DNA of 64,000 nt, taken from the human T2T-CHM13v2.0 reference genome, Homo sapiens. This document shows, one piece after another, positions 59,364 to 64,000 of the stretch. Both the position numbers and the translations under genes were made by a program. The notes below the pieces were generated by a model. That model made no database searches. It saw nothing but the letters and a program-made list of their open reading frames with translations, and was not told the origin of the DNA. Numbering within the stretch: position 1 is the stretch's first letter; every line of letters begins with the position of its first letter. Where the stretch lies: NCBI RefSeq assembly GCF_009914755.1, contig NC_060930.1. One strand, 5' to 3'.

Positions 59364-60568
59364 CCTCCTCATTTGCTGTTAGGTGGTGCTGGTTTTTTTG
59401 TTTTTTAAGCTAGCTGATTTAGTCTGTCCTCACCTTGAGTTACTCCTTTTCTGTCTTTCTTGCTGTCTTATTTTTTAAGAGAAATCATTTCTACAGTTGC
59501 CCATTTGTTACGACACTGCAAATGTATCACTTTTTTTTCTAATTAAGATCCTGTATGGCATTCTTTCTACTGCTGTGTCAGGTGCTGTGTATAGAATTAG
59601 ACTTCCTAGAGGAATTTTGTCTTGCATTAAAAAATAGACTTGAGGCTATATAACACAAATATTAGTGGTGTCGTCTGTGATTAGATATATGAAATTTACA
59701 TAATACCTTTGTCAGAAGCCTGAGGGGTTCATGCACTTGTAGCAGCAGCCTGTGGTTCTGCTGTTGTGAATGATGACTGTCTTGTATGGTGTGCATCACC
59801 GTGATTTCCGAAATTTTTTTCTTAATTAATTGGATATATATATAGGAATCATCATACAGCAATAGACAAAATAGAACCATTGAAATTCATGCTTCAAAAT
59901 GTTTCATATGCTCACAAGCCACTAGGAGATGCTAAATAACACTATGGCTATTTAGTTTACTTTTTTCAACTAGCATTGAGGAAAGAACCCTAGAAGTTGC
60001 TTCCAGCTTAATTTTTACCTTTTTTTTTTTATACAGTGGCCACTGTCTCTTTTGTGTCTTTGTTATCCAATAAGTATTTTATGTCCAAAGTAAAAATGCT
60101 TTTCTAACACCAGTGTTCTAAATGATACTGTTTAAAAGTCCTAGAAGCTGTGGTGCTAACCCTATTAGAAACAAATTTTTCTGTCTCCCCTTTTTCTTTC
60201 ACTCTTTCCTCCAAAAAAAGTAAAAATTAAGGGATAAGATAGTTTTTGCCAATTTAATTAACATGATTATGAGCATGTGGAATTAGACTGCAACTTAGAA
60301 GTCATAGTCTGGCTTCCTTCATTTTCATTTGCTTGGAGAAGTTATTTTTTTCTCCCTTTCACATGTATTTAATGGCGGGGGCAGTGTCTGGTTTTCCGTG
60401 GCACCACCTGGCTGCCATAAAAGGCTTGTTCACTCACAATGTTAGACAGAAATATATGTTGGTTATATTAGAAATAGTCCCATATCTTCAACTACTTTTA
60501 GCTGTTTTTGACAGAAAGGAACTCTGTTAGAGTTCACAGGTTCACAGGTACTATTACGTACTTCTGTC

Positions 60569-60882
<314 letters not shown>

Positions 60883-61033
60883 TTTTTTCCTTTTTTTTTT
60901 TTTTTTTTTAAGAGATAGGGTCTCATTATGTTTCCTAGGCTTATCTTGAACTCCTGGGCTCAAGCGATCCTTTTGTCTCAGCCTCCCAAGTAGCTGGCAT
61001 TACAGATGTGTGTGTGTGTGCCACGGTACCTGA
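60883..61033 (-). mobile_element. FLAM
   Basis: Monomer; 18-bp TSD cacaggtactatta(c/t)gta at 60543-60560 and 61034-61051 encloses it and the AluSp. Confidence 0.82.
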
Positions 61034-61209
61034 CACAGGTACTATTATGTAAGTAAGAATGAAGAGCCAGAGAAAGAATGCTAAAGCAAGTATCTTATGA
61101 ACCCAGCCACTTAGTTACAGAGATACTGAAGTGAGGTACTGTCAGGATTTTCTTCCAAGCAAGAACTGTATGGGAGTAATCAAAATCACAATACTGATGA
61201 TAGAAAATT

Positions 61210-61470
61210 TAATGTAGTCCAGTAATTGAGAGCACAGGCATAGGGCCAGATAAACTGATATACAGATTAGATAGATAGACTAAATCCTATCTTTGTGGTA
61301 TGTGGACCAAATTACTTAACTTCTCTTACCTTGATTTGCTTTTCTGTAAAAATGAGGATAATTACATCCTTTCTTTAAGGTTTTTTTTGAGAATTGAGAT
61401 AATATGTGTTAAGATGGGCTTAATACAGTCCCTGGTAGGCACTCCTTAAATGATTGCTGCTACTTTTTTA
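61210..61470 (+). mobile_element. MIR
   Basis: aaattacttaacttctc...tctgtaaaaatgaggataat...gagataatatgtg. Confidence 0.7.
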
Positions 61471-64000
61471 TGTATTCAAAGCAATATTAATAACAAAACA
61501 ACCACAATACAGAACACAATCAATAAATGATACCTAAAAAATAAAGACAAGAATTTGTTGCAGATTAAGTGAAAGACAGCCCATTTAATCTAAAATGCAC
61601 ACAAAAATATGAAGGAAAAAAAACATTGAAAATATTTTATTTTCTTTCTACAGCTTTTTTAATAAAATGCCCCTAAGTTGAACGTACAGTTCAGTGGGCA
61701 GAACTCACCCAAAAGATTGAGAAAGCAGAGGGTAAATATGTAATAGTTACATATTAATTGATATCAACTAATGTCTCTAAGAACGATGCCATCCTTTGGG
61801 GTTGTCAAAGTTGAAATTAAAGATACATTTTTTCAAAACCAGAGTTTTCGTCACCATTTGTACACCTTTCTTTATTTACCTCACCTAAGGTAGCACCCCA
61901 CACACTAATTCAACCCCCATAGTGCCATCCGTCCGGACATTTCAGTTGCTTCTCTAATAAATGTCTACTTTCCTGGGACACCTTATGGTCCTTGTTGCTG
62001 GTGGTTAGTTTTGTATGAAGTCATTGTCTTTGAAGTGTTGTTGGTTGATAATGCGTGGGAACTTATCTTTCTTAAATATAATTTACCTTTGGCTGGGGTA
62101 TTTAATGTCTTAAAGCAAAAGAAGAAACAACAGAATAGGTCAGGAACTCTGAAGGGCCAATGTTTGAGATCTTGTTTTGGAAGGAATTTCAGCAACGGTA
62201 GCTGGGCAGAAGGCTGACCCACCAACATATTTTAGCAAAGCTACAAGGATTTGGAATGATAGTGGCCCCCAGCATGGCCTCCTACTTTGCAGGTCCCGAG
62301 GTATGAAATTAAGTTACATTTAAAAATCAGAATTAGTTCTCTAATCTTCAGATAGTGTTAAACCTTAACTCATTCCACTGTTTGGTTATAAATAAATAAA
62401 CATAACATTTGTCCCAAGTTGTTCTACAGGTTCACGCCTAGCCATAGAGTTAACTTTGAGCATTATTTGCAGTGCAGGGGGTAAATTATCTTCAAAACGC
62501 TCATGGATTGGCTGCTGCCCAGAGTCCTGAGAGATGTAATCAGTTTCAGTTAATTCTAAACAATAGATTGTGGCAGGAACTCAGCTAAGTGGCGGGTTGA
62601 CTGCACCCAAACTGTTGATTTAAGTTGTCAAGAGAGCTTGACTCATGCTTAGACTTGACAACAGTTTGGGTCAGCTGGCTTAGCTGTAAACCATTACCAG
62701 TAAACTCTGCTCCTTTTGTGTGTGAGGAGGGAAGGGGGATGGCCCTTCTGGTCACGGTCTCCCTCCCTGAGCTCACTGCAGACTCCACGGCCTGGCTGGG
62801 AGGCTCTTTGTGACTTTTACTGTGCTCAGACTTCAGTCTCTTCATCCCTGTCATGCGCATCAGTGGGTTTCTAGCCACAGGCCTGAGGAACTGCCAATAT
62901 AGTATGTGCTTTGTGTACTTTCTATTCATTTCTAACTTTTGTTGGTGATGTTTAACAGGAAGTGCGTTACTATTCACTGTACCGTAATCCATATCTGTAC
63001 AGCACTTAATGCTGTTCACAGAGAACTCATATTGTCCAATATATTTTAGGCTAGGGCAGGGCAGGAATTACATTGCATCAGCATTAATCATCCTTGTTAC
63101 CTTTTGATGAGATCATTCAGGTTAAATACTGGTTGGAAGAGTGATCTAAAGTTGAAGGCATGAGGATAAATGTAGGAAAAACATTAGCAGTTTGCTTAAT
63201 GTAAGTTTTTTTTTTAAGTTTGAAGATAAATGTTTCTCAATTGATAATTTTTTTTTTTTTACCATTAGCCTTTGAACATTAGTAGTAACAATTTATTTTT
63301 ATTTAAAGTTTGTCCACACATGCAAATGGAAACATGTTACCCCTTGGATACTAGCTTAAATTTATTTACTCCGAGGTGATTTAAAGTCCACATATAGGTA
63401 TGCTTGTTTCAGCAGGTCAGATTTAAGGATACCTTAATTTAGTGATGAGGTACTCTGAAGGTCTGAACTTGAGAAGGTGATCCAAGGTGACTATAACCTT
63501 ACACTTCCTGTTAGTACCTGGCTCAGAGTCTCAGGAGACTTTGAGGGCAGTGTTTTGATATGAATTGCCTTTGTGTTCTTTCTGTAAATTAGTTTTTGGT
63601 ATGGAAAGCCAGAAAGCTCAAGTCCTTTAAGTACATAAGTCAAGCGGCTTTTTTTTTCCATACCCCTGTCAAACATTGTACACTTATCGCTTTCCTTTTA
63701 TAATTTTGAAAGTCTCCAAATCATTAAATGATATGCTTCTCAGTTGTGGATGGTTCCATTTTCTAATGACTATTTTGTCTTCTAGAGAATGTCTGCTAAA
63801 ATTCTTCCTGATTTTTATTTTACTTTCCAATGTGGTTTTCATTTATCTTAGAACAGTGTGCAAACTTTCACTGAGAATAGAAACAATAAACAGAATGGCA
63901 CAATATATTTTTATTTACTATAGATCATATCCATTTAGCTTTTTCATGGCCCTTTCATCATTTTCTATTGTGCCATTCACTTTAGTGGGTACGTTAGTTA

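Noticed and set aside
62585-63019. 144-aa antisense ORF in unique sequence
   Set aside because: No recognisable domain, splice structure or promoter; one ORF of this size in 64 kb on six frames is unremarkable

Overview
Primate (almost certainly human) genomic DNA from inside CDKAL1, the radical-SAM tRNA-Lys(UUU) t6A37 methylthiotransferase gene on 6p22.3, transcribed on the + strand. The only coding sequence I can support is one 146-nt internal exon (40335-40480, AG/GT-bounded, [49 protein letters not shown]). Everything else belongs to two very long introns packed with repeats: about 37 Alu-family elements (including FAM/FLAM monomers), L1PA/L1MA/L1MB/L1MC/L1ME fragments, L2 and MIR relics, a near full-length Tigger1, a Tigger2a, an ERV1 solo LTR, MaLR/ERVL LTRs (one apparently still LTR-internal-LTR), microsatellites and a tailless U6 snRNA retropseudogene. 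Nearly all ORFs in the supplied track are repeat read-throughs. I find no convincing previously undescribed biological system. The observations most worth checking are the U6 copy lacking its ACAGAGA box, a ~26 kb zone around the exon with only sense-oriented Alus, the two-LTR MaLR, a possible poison exon upstream of the real exon, and candidate regulatory islands. Repeat subfamilies are called by eye from remembered consensus sequences, and boundaries of old repeats are approximate.
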